64,000 nt of DNA from Coriobacteriia bacterium (GCA_038249135.1 JBBRWO010000001.1:24876-88875), one strand, 5' to 3'; counted from the stretch's first letter, positions 30,689 to 40,648 are shown. Notes: generated by a model from the letters alone, not told the origin. Numbers and translations are program-made.

Positions 30689-32023
30689 ATGGACACCTAC
30701 TTGATCCGCACCTTCGGGTGCCAGATGAACAAACACGACTCGGAGCGCGTGGCCGGCCTGCTGAACGAGCAGGGGCTGCGTGCGGTTCACGATGCCGAGG
30801 AAGCCGATGTCGTCGTGTTCATGACATGCTGCGTGCGTGAGAATGCCGATGAGCGTCTCCGTGGTCAGGTCAAATCACTCAAGAGCGTCAAAGCGGGTCG
30901 ACCGGGTCAGCTCATCGCTGTGGGCGGCTGCATCGGGCAGCGAGATGGCGAGCTGCTTCTTCGTCAGATCCCTCATATCGACGTGGTCTTCGGCACGCAC
31001 AACATCGGTCACCTCCCGGCGCTTCTCGAGAGCGTCCTGACTGAACGTCAGCCTCAGGTTGAGGTTCTTGCGGAAACCACCGACTTCGCGTCTGAACTGC
31101 CGACCGAGCGCGAGCACCCATGGCATGCATGGGTGCCGATCACCGTTGGCTGTGACAACTTCTGTTCGTACTGCATCGTTCCGTATGTCCGTGGTCGCGA
31201 ACGGTCTCGTCCAATGGACTCGATTGTCAGCGAAGTGACTCAGCTCAGGGCGGACGGCGTCCTTGAGGTCACGTTGCTCGGCCAGAACGTCAATAGCTAC
31301 GGGCGTGATATCTACGGATCTCCCAGATTCGCAGAGGTTTTGCGAGCAGTCTCGGACACCGGTATCGAGCGTATCCGATTCGCTACCAGTCACCCAAAGG
31401 ATCTCTCCCAGGACACTATCGCTGCCATGGCGGAGCTGCCTACGGTGATGCCGTATCTCCACTTGCCCGTTCAGTCCGGTTCGGACAAGGTGCTCCAGCA
31501 GATGAATCGGCACTACACCAATTCTGACTACCGCGATCTTGTCGGCAGGATTCGTGATGCGATTCCTGACATATCGCTGTCGACCGACATCATCGTTGGT
31601 TTTCCGGGCGAGACCGAGGAAGACTTCGCCGAAACCCTCGATTTGGTGCGTGACGTCACCTACGACCAGGCATTCACGTTCATATACTCGCCACGAGAGG
31701 GCACGCCTGCTGCGACACAGCCGGATCACGTCGCTCGTGAGGTTTCGCAGATGCGACTGGAGCGCTTGATCGAGGCTGTGCACGCGTCCGCATTCGAACG
31801 CTCGACGCACTTCGTTGGGTCGATTCAGCCGGTGCTCTTCGAGGGCACCAGCAAGCGTGACGACCGGATGCTCGCTGGGCGCGCGCCGTGCAATCGTATG
31901 GTGCACGTACGACTTCCTGACGGCGCGTCTGCCGATGACTATACGGCTCGTATCCTCGACGTATACATCGAGGAAGCGCAGACATGGTTCCTGACTGGGC
32001 GGTTGGCGGGTACAAACTCCTAA
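30689..32023 (+). CDS. miaB: tRNA-2-methylthio-N6-dimethylallyladenosine synthase
   Basis: TFGCQMNKHDSE, CDNFCSYCIVPYVRGRERSR, LLGQNVNSYG; extended -10 TGCTACACT at 30670-30678. Confidence 0.97.
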   Translation: MDTYLIRTFGCQMNKHDSERVAGLLNEQGLRAVHDAEEADVVVFMTCCVRENADERLRGQVKSLKSVKAGRPGQLIAVGGCIGQRDGELLLRQIPHIDVVFGTHNIGHLPALLESVLTERQPQVEVLAETTDFASELPTEREHPWHAWVPITVGCDNFCSYCIVPYVRGRERSRPMDSIVSEVTQLRADGVLEVTLLGQNVNSYGRDIYGSPRFAEVLRAVSDTGIERIRFATSHPKDLSQDTIAAMAELPTVMPYLHLPVQSGSDKVLQQMNRHYTNSDYRDLVGRIRDAIPDISLSTDIIVGFPGETEEDFAETLDLVRDVTYDQAFTFIYSPREGTPAATQPDHVAREVSQMRLERLIEAVHASAFERSTHFVGSIQPVLFEGTSKRDDRMLAGRAPCNRMVHVRLPDGASADDYTARILDVYIEEAQTWFLTGRLAGTNS

Positions 32024-32064
32024 CGGGTCGATCTTCTGACCCGGTTCCGACTTGGGAGGTCACC

Positions 32065-33432
32065 GTGTCTTCGCCCATTTTTGGTGTCATGGTTCCGCAT
32101 CCACCGATCTTCGTCGAGTCTGTCGGGGGAGCAGAGCGACATCGAGCTGATGCATCGCTCAGCGCCTTGGCTCTCGTCGCGAGGGCCATTGCTGCTTTCC
32201 GTCCTGACACGTTGATCGTTATGTCGCCGCACGCACCAGCGGTGTATGACACGTTCCTGGTGGACACCTCGGATGTGATGCAGGGGTCGTTGGCCGAGTT
32301 TGGAGACGTCACTCCCCTGCAGTGGCAGGTCGACACCGAACTCGCCAGGAAACTTGTGAGCGCCGTTGACCGGGCGGGGATTCCCGTCGCCCCGCGTGAC
32401 GCGGATACACGGCTTCGGCCGGGATGGCTGGATCATGCCTCCCTTGTGCCGCTCTCGTTCTTAGACCCGCAACATGCGTTCAAGATCGTGGTTCTCTCGT
32501 TGTCTTACCTGTCGTTTGCTTCTCATCACGAGATGGGTCAGGTGATCCGAGAGACGGCGGAGTCTCTTGGCCGCAAGGTGGTGTTCGTTGCCAGCGGCGA
32601 TTGCTCTCATCGGCTTACGCCCGAAGCGGGAGCTGGCTACTCGCCGCAGGGCCAAGAGTTCGATGAGGCACTGGTTGCACTGGTGAGATCCGGCGACCTC
32701 AGCGCATGTGCGGGATTGGACCCGGCCCTCATTGAAGCGGCTGGTGAGTGCGGATTGCGTTCATTCGTCACACTCAGTGGGTTCGCGGGAGATGATCCGG
32801 TTCCCACGAAACTCCTCTCGTACGAAGGGCCGTGGGGCGTCGGGTACCTCACGGCGATGGTGGGAGACGCCGCTATTGCGTCGGCTGTTCAGGACGATGA
32901 TCGCGATTCGAGGCAATCTTCGCCGGAACCGGAGAGCGAGATCGTCACACTGGCGAGGAGCACCCTCGGCGCGTACCTCAAGGACGAATCGCCGCCGGCG
33001 CCGGTTCTGACCGATCCTACGTATCCGCTACGCGCAGGAGCGTTCGTTTCGCTGCATCGGGAGGGCCGACTTCGAGGCTGTATCGGGACAATTTCACCGA
33101 CTAAACCGACGCTCGGCGAAGAAGTAGCGCACAATGTACTCGAGGCCGCTTTTGAAGACCCGCGCTTTGACGCTCTGACGGCCGAGGAATTCGGCGATCT
33201 GGAGATGAGTGTGGACGTGCTTCAGCCGGCCGAGCCAGCGACGATTGAGGATCTCGATCCCGCGCGCTTTGGCGTGATTGTGACCGCTGGTTACCGAAGA
33301 GGACTGCTGTTGCCCGATCTCGATGGTGTCGACGACACCGCGACGCAGCTCGATATCGCACTACAGAAAGCAGGCATTCGCCCCGATGAAGATTTCAGTA
33401 TCGAACGGTTCCGAGTGGACAGGTTCCACTGA
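32065..33432 (+). CDS. AmmeMemoRadiSam-type fusion: LigB/Memo-like domain plus AMMECR1 domain
   Basis: PHPP, SPHAP, DHAS, ASGDCSH, ECGLRS, YEGPWGVGY, then GAFVSL...LRGCIGT...DPRF...GLLLPDL. Confidence 0.9.
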   Translation: MSSPIFGVMVPHPPIFVESVGGAERHRADASLSALALVARAIAAFRPDTLIVMSPHAPAVYDTFLVDTSDVMQGSLAEFGDVTPLQWQVDTELARKLVSAVDRAGIPVAPRDADTRLRPGWLDHASLVPLSFLDPQHAFKIVVLSLSYLSFASHHEMGQVIRETAESLGRKVVFVASGDCSHRLTPEAGAGYSPQGQEFDEALVALVRSGDLSACAGLDPALIEAAGECGLRSFVTLSGFAGDDPVPTKLLSYEGPWGVGYLTAMVGDAAIASAVQDDDRDSRQSSPEPESEIVTLARSTLGAYLKDESPPAPVLTDPTYPLRAGAFVSLHREGRLRGCIGTISPTKPTLGEEVAHNVLEAAFEDPRFDALTAEEFGDLEMSVDVLQPAEPATIEDLDPARFGVIVTAGYRRGLLLPDLDGVDDTATQLDIALQKAGIRPDEDFSIERFRVDRFH

Positions 33433-34405
33433 CGCAGCGGCCGCTGCCGCGCCACGGAGTCGGGATGTCGCACCACCGGTCGCGTCCACACGCGTGTTGG
33501 TCGTCGTCGGTCCGACGGCTGTTGGTAAGAGTGCGCTCGCCGAAGAGTTGTGTGTTCGTCTCGGTGGTGAGATCGTCTCTGCAGACTCCATGCAGGTGTA
33601 TAGAGGAATGGATATCGGTACCGCAAAGACACCTCGGGACGTCCGACGAGTTCCCTATCACTGCATCGATGTCGTCGATCCCGGTGAATCGTTCTCTGCC
33701 GCGGTGTTTCAGGATTGCGCCCGAACCGCAATCGCGGACGTTGGCTCTCGCGGTGTGTTGCCAGTTGTGTGCGGCGGTACCGGACTGTACGTCCGCGCAG
33801 CTGTGGACTCGTTCGACTTCGCCCCGGGCGGGCAGGCGAGCAATCCTGCTCGGGCAACCTACGAGACGTTCGCAGCCGAGCACGGCGCCGAGGAAATCTA
33901 CGCGTTGCTTGAAGAACGCGACCCTGACTCCGCAGCGCTGATTCATCGCAACAACACGCGAAGAATCGTCCGTGCACTTGAAATGCTCGACGAGGGCGTC
34001 TCATACGCTGACCAGAGATCCGGTTTCGCAGTTCGCGAGAGCGTGTACGACACGCGGCTTGTCGGGTTGACGATGAATCGCGAACAGTTGTATCAGCGAA
34101 TCGATGCTCGTGTGCAGGCGATGGTCGATGGAGGGCTCCTTGGCGAAGTCGAGCGTTTGCTTGAAGAGGGTTTCCGAGATGCGCTGACCGCGTCTCAGGC
34201 GATCGGATACAAGGAACTTGTACCTGTGGTTGAGGGTGAGGCTGACCTCCATTCAGCGATAGCCGATATCGCGCAGGCTTCTCGGCGTTACGCAAAACGG
34301 CAGCTCACGTGGTTCAACGCCGATCCCAGAATCACATGGATCGATGTCACCGAACGCAACCTCTCGGAGACGGCGGATGCTGCTCTCGATGCGATAGACT
34401 GGTAG
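33323..34405 (+). CDS. miaA: tRNA dimethylallyltransferase (true start uncertain, possibly GTG 33494)
   Basis: GPTAVGKS, SADSMQVYRGMDIGTAK, GGTGLY, QAIGYKE, YAKRQLTWF. Confidence 0.96.
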   Translation: MVSTTPRRSSISHYRKQAFAPMKISVSNGSEWTGSTDAAAAAAPRSRDVAPPVASTRVLVVVGPTAVGKSALAEELCVRLGGEIVSADSMQVYRGMDIGTAKTPRDVRRVPYHCIDVVDPGESFSAAVFQDCARTAIADVGSRGVLPVVCGGTGLYVRAAVDSFDFAPGGQASNPARATYETFAAEHGAEEIYALLEERDPDSAALIHRNNTRRIVRALEMLDEGVSYADQRSGFAVRESVYDTRLVGLTMNREQLYQRIDARVQAMVDGGLLGEVERLLEEGFRDALTASQAIGYKELVPVVEGEADLHSAIADIAQASRRYAKRQLTWFNADPRITWIDVTERNLSETADAALDAIDW

Positions 34406-34453
34406 ACCAGCGGCTAAGGTGGTCGCACTTGACCTGTGAGGGGTGTCGGCACC

Positions 34454-35341
34454 GTGGATTTGGCTTTTGTGAAGATGCATGGCCTTGGCAATGACTTCGT
34501 CGTCATGGAGGACCTCGCAGAGGAACTCGATCTATCGCCTGAGGCGGTAGCTTGGTTCTGTGACCGTAACTTCGGAATCGGCGGCGACGGACTGATTTTG
34601 GTTCGACCCGCAACGACGCCGGAAGCTGACTTCTTCATGCTGTACTACAACTCGGATGGGACCACGGCCGAGATGTGTGGCAACGGAATCAGATGCTTCG
34701 CGAAGTATCTGGTCGATCACGAGCTCATTCCCGCGGATCAGAACTCGGTGCGGGTAGAGACTCTCGGCGGCGTTAAGCCGATCGAGATCACCCGCGCTTA
34801 TGACGGCACCCTGTACCTCGCGACTGTCGATATGGGCCTGCCCGGGCTGTTGCCCGAGCAGGTACCGACGCAACTCGGCTGCGAGGCTCCCGGTGATCCG
34901 GTCGTCGGCTGTGAGCTGGAGACCTCGGCTGGTACCTTCTTGGTCACCTGCATCTCGATGGGTAATCCTCACTGCATCCTGTGGGTGGATGACGTCGAGA
35001 CCGCTCCGGTGCCGGAAATCGGACCGATAATCGAGAATCACCCTGCGTTCCCCAACAAGACCAACGTGGAGTTCGCTGAGCTGATAGACGACGGCTTCGT
35101 CCGACTCCGTGTGTGGGAGCGCGGCGTGGGGGAGACCCTGGCGTGTGGAACGGGTGCCTGTGCCACTGCGGTCGCCGCCTCTTTGACGCTGCGAACAGGG
35201 AGAGAGGTCACGGTCGAACTCCCCGGTGGTGACCTCGAGATACGTTGGGCCGAGGACGGCGCCGTCTACATGACCGGACCTGCCGAGGAAGTGTTCGCGG
35301 GCTCGGTTGTCATCTCAGAGGACGACGAAGACGGCGAATAG
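34454..35341 (+). CDS. dapF: Diaminopimelate epimerase
   Basis: KMHGLGNDF, EMCGNGIRC, MGNPH, ERGVGETLACGTG. Confidence 0.97.
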   Translation: MDLAFVKMHGLGNDFVVMEDLAEELDLSPEAVAWFCDRNFGIGGDGLILVRPATTPEADFFMLYYNSDGTTAEMCGNGIRCFAKYLVDHELIPADQNSVRVETLGGVKPIEITRAYDGTLYLATVDMGLPGLLPEQVPTQLGCEAPGDPVVGCELETSAGTFLVTCISMGNPHCILWVDDVETAPVPEIGPIIENHPAFPNKTNVEFAELIDDGFVRLRVWERGVGETLACGTGACATAVAASLTLRTGREVTVELPGGDLEIRWAEDGAVYMTGPAEEVFAGSVVISEDDEDGE

Positions 35342-35491
35342 TTGTCGCTTCACATCCGCACGTTACGGTGCCGGCTCGTTCCTTCTGTAACACGATGGCA
35401 ACCTGAAGGGACGCGGCCGAGTGATACCATGTCACCCACGGCGCTCCGGTGCCGTTGTTCTGCACACTCAGACTGAAGGGGAGAGCACCCA

Positions 35492-36652
35492 GTGAGAACT
35501 GCTCAGCGCATTGACAATCTGCCTCCGTACCTGTTCGCCGAGATCGACCGCAAGAAGGCGCTCCTTACGGCGCAGGGCATCGACGTCATCTCTCTCGGCA
35601 TCGGTGATCCCGATACCCCGACGCCCGATCACATCGTCGAGGCGATGATCGAGGCGACCAGGAACCCTGCGAACCATCAGTACCCCAGCTATGTTGGTTC
35701 GCCGCGCTACCGGGCTGCTTGCAGTGAGTGGATGAAGCGTCGTTTCGACGTTGAAGTCGACTCCACCACGGAGATGCTCGCGCTCATCGGCAGCAAGGAG
35801 GGCATCGCCCACTTGTTCACCGCGTTTGTCGATCCCGGCGAGTACACGCTTGTTCCAGGTGCCGGCTACCCCGTCTACTACACGGGCGGCGTAATGGTCG
35901 GCGGAGAGACCCACTGGATGCCCATGACCGAGGAGAACGGTTTTCTCGCGGACTTCGAGTCGACCCCTCCTGAGGTGCTCGCCAAGGCGAAGATGATGTT
36001 CCTCAGCTACCCCAACAACCCGACGTCGGCCATCGCCAACGATGAGTACTTCGATCGCGCAATCGCCTTCGCTAAGAAGCACGACCTGCTTATCGTGCAT
36101 GACAACGCGTACTCCGAGATCGGCTTTGACGGCTACGTCGCCTCAAGCTTCCTCCAGCGTCCGGGTGCGATGGACGTTGCAATCGAGCTCTTCAGCTGCT
36201 CAAAGGCCTACAACATGACCGGTTGGCGTGTTGCATTCGCATGCGGCAATGCCCAGGCAATCAAGGCGCTTGGAACGGTCAAGTCGAACATCGACTCGGG
36301 CGTGTTCACGGCTGTCCAGGATGCCGCCATCGAAGCTCTCCTCGGACCGCAAGATTCCGTGGCCGAGCTCAACGCCATGTACCAGCGTCGTCGCGACTTG
36401 GTTCTCGATGCGCTTGCGAAGATCGGTATCGAGGTTCCGTTCAAGCCTGTCGCCACTATCTACGTATGGGCCAAGGTGCCCGATGGCTACACCTCCGCGA
36501 GCTTTGCGGCCAAGATCCTGGAAGAGGCGCATGTCATCGTTGCGGCCGGATCCGCTTATGGACCTTCCGGTGAAGGCTACATTCGCATTTCGCTTACGAC
36601 TCCGGATGACCGCCTCGAGGCGGCCATCGAGCGTATCAAGAACTCACTCTAA
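35492..36652 (+). CDS. dapL: LL-diaminopimelate aminotransferase
   Basis: LPPYLFAEID, SLGIGDPD, GSKEGI, YPNNPT, SKAYNMTGWR; follows dapF. Confidence 0.88.
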   Translation: MRTAQRIDNLPPYLFAEIDRKKALLTAQGIDVISLGIGDPDTPTPDHIVEAMIEATRNPANHQYPSYVGSPRYRAACSEWMKRRFDVEVDSTTEMLALIGSKEGIAHLFTAFVDPGEYTLVPGAGYPVYYTGGVMVGGETHWMPMTEENGFLADFESTPPEVLAKAKMMFLSYPNNPTSAIANDEYFDRAIAFAKKHDLLIVHDNAYSEIGFDGYVASSFLQRPGAMDVAIELFSCSKAYNMTGWRVAFACGNAQAIKALGTVKSNIDSGVFTAVQDAAIEALLGPQDSVAELNAMYQRRRDLVLDALAKIGIEVPFKPVATIYVWAKVPDGYTSASFAAKILEEAHVIVAAGSAYGPSGEGYIRISLTTPDDRLEAAIERIKNSL

Positions 36653-36667
36653 GGAGGCGCTGCGCCT

Positions 36668-37972
36668 TTGGGCGAACGCCAGTCACTCCAGGCTCGGGAA
36701 GAACTCCACGAGCACCGCGAACGTGCGGTGCTCGTTGGCATGGACAGGGGCCGCACCGACTGGCCGATAGATGAGTCGCTCGCGGAACTCGAGAGGTTGG
36801 CCGACACTGCCGGTGCCGACGTCGTAGCGACCGTGGTCCAGCGTATGGATCGACCGAGCCCGCGCACCTTCATCGGCTCAGGCAAGGCCGAGGAGGTCGC
36901 TGCACTCGTCAAGGAGCTTGACGCGTCGCTGGTCATCTTCGATGACGACCTGACTCCGTCGCAGCAGGCGAATCTCGAAAACGCGATTCCCGAAACGAAG
37001 ATAGCCGACCGTACCGGTCTCATACTCGACATCTTTGCGCTTCACGCGAGCAGCCGAGAAGGCAAGCTGCAGGTTGAGCTTGCTCAGATGGAGTACCTGC
37101 TCCCGCGTCTTCGAGGTCTGTGGAGGCATCTGGACAAGTACGCAGGCGGCGGGGTCATGACGCGCGGTCCTGGCGAGTCGCAGCTCGAGACCGATCGCAG
37201 GCTGGCGCGCAAACGGATCAGCGAACTGAAGCGGGAGCTCAAGCACGTCTCTGGCGAGCGGGAGCTGCAGCGCAAGTCGCGAGCGCGAAGCGGGGTGTTC
37301 CGCGTGGCGCTGGTGGGCTACACCAACGCCGGTAAGTCCACTCTGCTCAACGCCATCACCGGTGCAGGAGTGTTGCAAGCCGATATGCTGTTCGCCACGC
37401 TTGACTCGACCACACGGCGAATGTCGCTTCCTGAGGGCCGCGAAATCACCCTCACCGACACCGTCGGATTCATCAACAAGCTCCCTCACGGGTTGGTGGA
37501 GGCGTTCAAGTCGACACTCGCCGAGGTAAACGAAGCCGACCTGTTGTTGCAGGTAACGGATGCCGGGTCATCTCAGCGAGAACCGCAGATGCAGGCGGTC
37601 CGAGAGGTGCTCCAGGAGATCGGAGCACACGAAGGACCGAGCGTCGTGGTATTCAACAAGATCGACACCCTGACCCATGAAGAGCGCTCCACGCTCACAG
37701 GTCGTTATCCCAACGCCGTGTTGGTTTCCGGAATCAGCGGCGAGAGTCTGGATGTACTTCTCACGAGAATAGCCGAGGAGGCGTCGCGTGGGAGTGTGAC
37801 GATGAGCGTGCTTGTGCCCTACACTCGCGGCGATCTGGTCCGAATGGCCCATGAGCGCGGCCAGATACTGAGTGAGCGGCATTCCGAGGAGGGAACTCGA
37901 CTGGTCGTCAGGGTGGACGCCGAACTATCGGCGCGTTTCGCCGAGTTCGCCGTGGAGCCTGAGACCGAGTAG
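36668..37972 (+). CDS. hflX: GTPase HflX
   Basis: LILDIFA, GPGESQLETDRR, GYTNAGKS, DTVGF, NKID. Confidence 0.97.
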   Translation: MGERQSLQAREELHEHRERAVLVGMDRGRTDWPIDESLAELERLADTAGADVVATVVQRMDRPSPRTFIGSGKAEEVAALVKELDASLVIFDDDLTPSQQANLENAIPETKIADRTGLILDIFALHASSREGKLQVELAQMEYLLPRLRGLWRHLDKYAGGGVMTRGPGESQLETDRRLARKRISELKRELKHVSGERELQRKSRARSGVFRVALVGYTNAGKSTLLNAITGAGVLQADMLFATLDSTTRRMSLPEGREITLTDTVGFINKLPHGLVEAFKSTLAEVNEADLLLQVTDAGSSQREPQMQAVREVLQEIGAHEGPSVVVFNKIDTLTHEERSTLTGRYPNAVLVSGISGESLDVLLTRIAEEASRGSVTMSVLVPYTRGDLVRMAHERGQILSERHSEEGTRLVVRVDAELSARFAEFAVEPETE

Positions 37973-38012
37973 CAGGGCACACTGAGACCGCCCGTAGAGC
38001 CGCTTCCGGCTT

Positions 38013-38636
38013 CTACAGGCGCCTGAAGAGCGCGACGACTTTGCCCAGGATGCTGACATCACGGGCGTAGATCGGCTCCATTGACGAGTTCGCCGGCTGG
38101 AGTCTGATGCGGTCCGCTTCTCGGTAGAACGTCTTGACCGTGGCGGAGTCATCGAGGAGAGCTACCACGACGTCTCCGTTCTCGGCGGTCTGCTGCTGCT
38201 TGACGACCACGAAGTCGCCGTCAAGAATGCCGGCCTCGATCATGGATTCGCCCTTCACCTTGAGGATGAAGGTGGAGTCATCTGCCATCTCCGCAGGCAG
38301 CGACATCGTCTGCTCTATATTCTCGGCAGCCAGCAGCGGGACTCCGGCTGCGACGGAACCGACGATCGGGACAGCTCGGACTGACCCGTAGTCGATACCT
38401 CGGTCCGAATCTCGATAGTCGAGGACCTCGAGTGCCCGTGGTTTCGAAGGATCTCGCCTTAAGAACCCCTTGGTCTCAAGCGCAGCCAGGTGCGAGTGAA
38501 CCGTGGACGAAGACGACAGGCCGACGGCTTCGCCGATCTCTCGTACGCTTGGCGGGTAGCCGCATCGGTGTATCTCACCACGTATGAAATCGAGAATCTC
38601 CTGCTGGCGCTTAGTCAGTTCCCGCTGGTAGGCCAT
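38013..38636 (-). CDS. lexA: SOS repressor LexA
   Basis: [14 protein letters not shown] cleavage site, GESM catalytic Ser, TVK catalytic Lys; GAGGGAG RBS before ATG 38636. Confidence 0.97.
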   Translation of the reverse strand: MAYQRELTKRQQEILDFIRGEIHRCGYPPSVREIGEAVGLSSSSTVHSHLAALETKGFLRRDPSKPRALEVLDYRDSDRGIDYGSVRAVPIVGSVAAGVPLLAAENIEQTMSLPAEMADDSTFILKVKGESMIEAGILDGDFVVVKQQQTAENGDVVVALLDDSATVKTFYREADRIRLQPANSSMEPIYARDVSILGKVVALFRRL

Positions 38637-38653
38637 GAGAGCTCCCTCTGTAT

Positions 38654-38772
38654 CGAACAGGTGTACGCGAATAAGTGTAGACGCGATGACTCGCGTAAGC
38701 AAACACCCGTTCGACTCATTGTTGCGCAGCGAACACGTGTTCGATATAGTGGGATATGCGAACACACGTTCG
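38654..38772. promoter_or_regulatory. Cluster of four LexA boxes in the divergent lexA/LysM promoter
   Basis: CGAACAGGTGTACG 38654-67; CAAACACCCGTTCG 38700-13; CGAACACGTGTTCG 38730-43; CGAACACACGTTCG 38759-72; + strand promoter TTGCGC N17 TATAGT (38722-38750). Confidence 0.9.
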
Positions 38773-38848
38773 AAGTTTCAAGTCCGAATGTCAGAGCCAA
38801 CATTTACGGTGTGCTCAGACATGTTGAGACTGCGGCAGGGGAGACACG

Positions 38849-39232
38849 ATGGCATCAACGACACACACAACCCGAGTGGCACGGTCACGACCTTCCAGGC
38901 ACGGCGCGGAGTCGGCGCGGACGGCAGTAAGTGAAATCCGAGTTATCGCCGAGGTAGCCGCACTTCTGGTGATCATCGTGCTCCTCATCGCCATACCTGT
39001 TCTTTCGCGCCATGCCAAAACCAGTAGTTCTTCAGAAACCACCAAGGTCCTGATTCAGTCCGGAGACACACTTTGGACCTTTGCGCAGTCGAACCCGCAA
39101 CCCGGCTTGAGTACTGCACAGGCCGTGGAGAACATAGCTGCCCTCAATGGCCTTCAAACCGCGCAGATACCAGTTGGTTCTGCGATTGAGATCCCCGTGA
39201 GCCCTCAAAGCGTCGAGCTCGCCTGCAAGTAG
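38849..39232 (+). CDS. Membrane-anchored LysM protein (YneA/ChiZ-like SOS division inhibitor)
   Basis: One TM segment, then IQSGDTLWTFA...IAALNGL...IPVGSAIEIP LysM; divergent from lexA. Confidence 0.82.
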   Translation: MASTTHTTRVARSRPSRHGAESARTAVSEIRVIAEVAALLVIIVLLIAIPVLSRHAKTSSSSETTKVLIQSGDTLWTFAQSNPQPGLSTAQAVENIAALNGLQTAQIPVGSAIEIPVSPQSVELACK

Positions 39233-39250
39233 GCGCCACAATGCGTTGAT

Positions 39251-39297
39251 GCCCTATATCTAGTGTGATACGGTTGCACCTAGCCTAGATGTAGGGG
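39251..39297. promoter_or_regulatory. Tandem NrdR boxes
   Basis: GCCCTATATCTAGTGT (39251-66) and AGCCTAGATGTAGGGG (39282-97), starts 31 bp apart, directly upstream of nrdR. Confidence 0.8.
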
Positions 39298-39307
39298 TGG
39301 GGATTTT

Positions 39308-39754
39308 ATGCGCTGTCCGTTTTGCGGGCACGATGAGACCAAAGTCGTCGACTCTCGTATGTCGGAGTCGCAGGATGCCATACGACGCAGACGAGAGTGT
39401 CTGAGCTGTAGCCAGCGTTTCACTACGTATGAACGGCGCGAAGAGACTCCGCTGATGGTCATGAAGAAGGATGGGACCGCGGAGCCTTTTGACCGCGGGA
39501 AGCTACTACGCGGGCTGATGGTCGCCACCACCAAGCGTAATGTGTCCGTTGAGCAGCTAGAATCCTTGATCGCTGATGTTGAGTCCGATCTGCACAACTC
39601 ATTCCGTTCCGAGGTTGGTAGCCGACAGGTCGGCGACATGGTGTTGCTGAGGCTGCGTGACCTTGACCGGGTTGCTTACGTGCGATTTGCCTCGGTCTAC
39701 AAGGAGTTTCAGGACCTCGACGAGTTCACTTCAGAGCTGAAGGCCCTTCGGTGA
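39308..39754 (+). CDS. nrdR: Transcriptional repressor NrdR
   Basis: MRCPFC...DSR...IRRRRECLSC..RFTTYE; ATP cone; AYVRFASVY. Confidence 0.98.
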   Translation: MRCPFCGHDETKVVDSRMSESQDAIRRRRECLSCSQRFTTYERREETPLMVMKKDGTAEPFDRGKLLRGLMVATTKRNVSVEQLESLIADVESDLHNSFRSEVGSRQVGDMVLLRLRDLDRVAYVRFASVYKEFQDLDEFTSELKALR

Positions 39755-40206
39755 CGGAACATGTCCCCTCTGCGATTCAGATGCAGGTGAGGAGACTCGA
39801 TCGGGATCTGGCCATGCCCACCTATGCACATGCTGGCGATGCCGGGCTGGATATTCGCTCAGCGGTGGACGTTGTGATAGCGCCAGGTGAACGCGCATTG
39901 GTGCCCACGGGAATCGCGATCGCGGTACCCGAGGGACATGCCGGCTTTGTCTTACCCCGCAGTGGGTCGGCGCTGAATCGAGGACTGGGGCTCGCAAACG
40001 CTCCAGGACTTATCGACTCCGCTTATCGAGGCGAACTCAAGGTCATTGTCATCAATCTCGATCGCATCGAGCCCATCGTGATCGCGCGCGGCGAGAAGGT
40101 CGCACAGCTGGTCATACAGCGCATCGAGCACTGTGTGCTTGTGGAAGTGGATCAGCTTGATGACACAGCTCGAGGGGAGGGCGGTTTTGGGAGCACGGGC
40201 ATCTGA
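39751..40206 (+). CDS. dut: dUTP diphosphatase
   Basis: AGLD, PRSG, GLIDSAYRGEL, AQLV, RGEGGFGSTG. Confidence 0.97.
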   Translation: MTEHVPSAIQMQVRRLDRDLAMPTYAHAGDAGLDIRSAVDVVIAPGERALVPTGIAIAVPEGHAGFVLPRSGSALNRGLGLANAPGLIDSAYRGELKVIVINLDRIEPIVIARGEKVAQLVIQRIEHCVLVEVDQLDDTARGEGGFGSTGI

Positions 40207-40648
40207 GTGGCCCCGCGTCAGAGTCGCTGCGCTTCTCCTGCGAGACGGCAAGGTCGTCGTCGTGAGGCATCGATCGGCGGGGAACGCTTATTACCTGTTG
40301 CCAGGTGGAGGCGTCGACTATAGAGAAACACTGGAAGCCGCGCTGCTGCGAGAGGTGCGCGAGGAGACCGGACTTATTGCCAAGATCGGTGAACTGCTTT
40401 ACGTCAACGACACCATCGATCCCAACGGTCCCCGTCACGTAATCAATATTACGTTTTCCGCAGAGATTGTAGGAGGCGCTTTGACCGACGCGCCGATCGA
40501 CGAAAACGTCGAAGCGGTCGAGTTGGTCACTCCCGAGAGGCTGATGAACCTCGACCTGCGTCCTCCGATGGTCGCCGAGATTCTAGAAGCGCTCTCCGGC
40601 AGCAATACCCATGGGTATCTTGGCTCGTTGTTTACGGCGGGTCGTTGA
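40187..40648 (+). CDS. NUDIX hydrolase (probable TTG start)
   Basis: Nudix box GGGVDYRETLEAALLREVREETG; GGGAGG RBS before TTG 40187. Confidence 0.88.
   Translation: MGARASEWPRVRVAALLLRDGKVVVVRHRSAGNAYYLLPGGGVDYRETLEAALLREVREETGLIAKIGELLYVNDTIDPNGPRHVINITFSAEIVGGALTDAPIDENVEAVELVTPERLMNLDLRPPMVAEILEALSGSNTHGYLGSLFTAGR

Noticed and set aside
33323-33493. Apparent 110-nt overlap between the AMMECR1 fusion and miaA, suggesting a frameshift or fusion
   Set aside because: Both proteins are complete; a downstream miaA start explains the overlap more simply.
35342-35491. Possible lysine riboswitch upstream of dapL (also checked upstream of dapA)
   Set aside because: Too short after the apparent extended -10 (TGATACCAT), and no lysine-aptamer consensus is visible.
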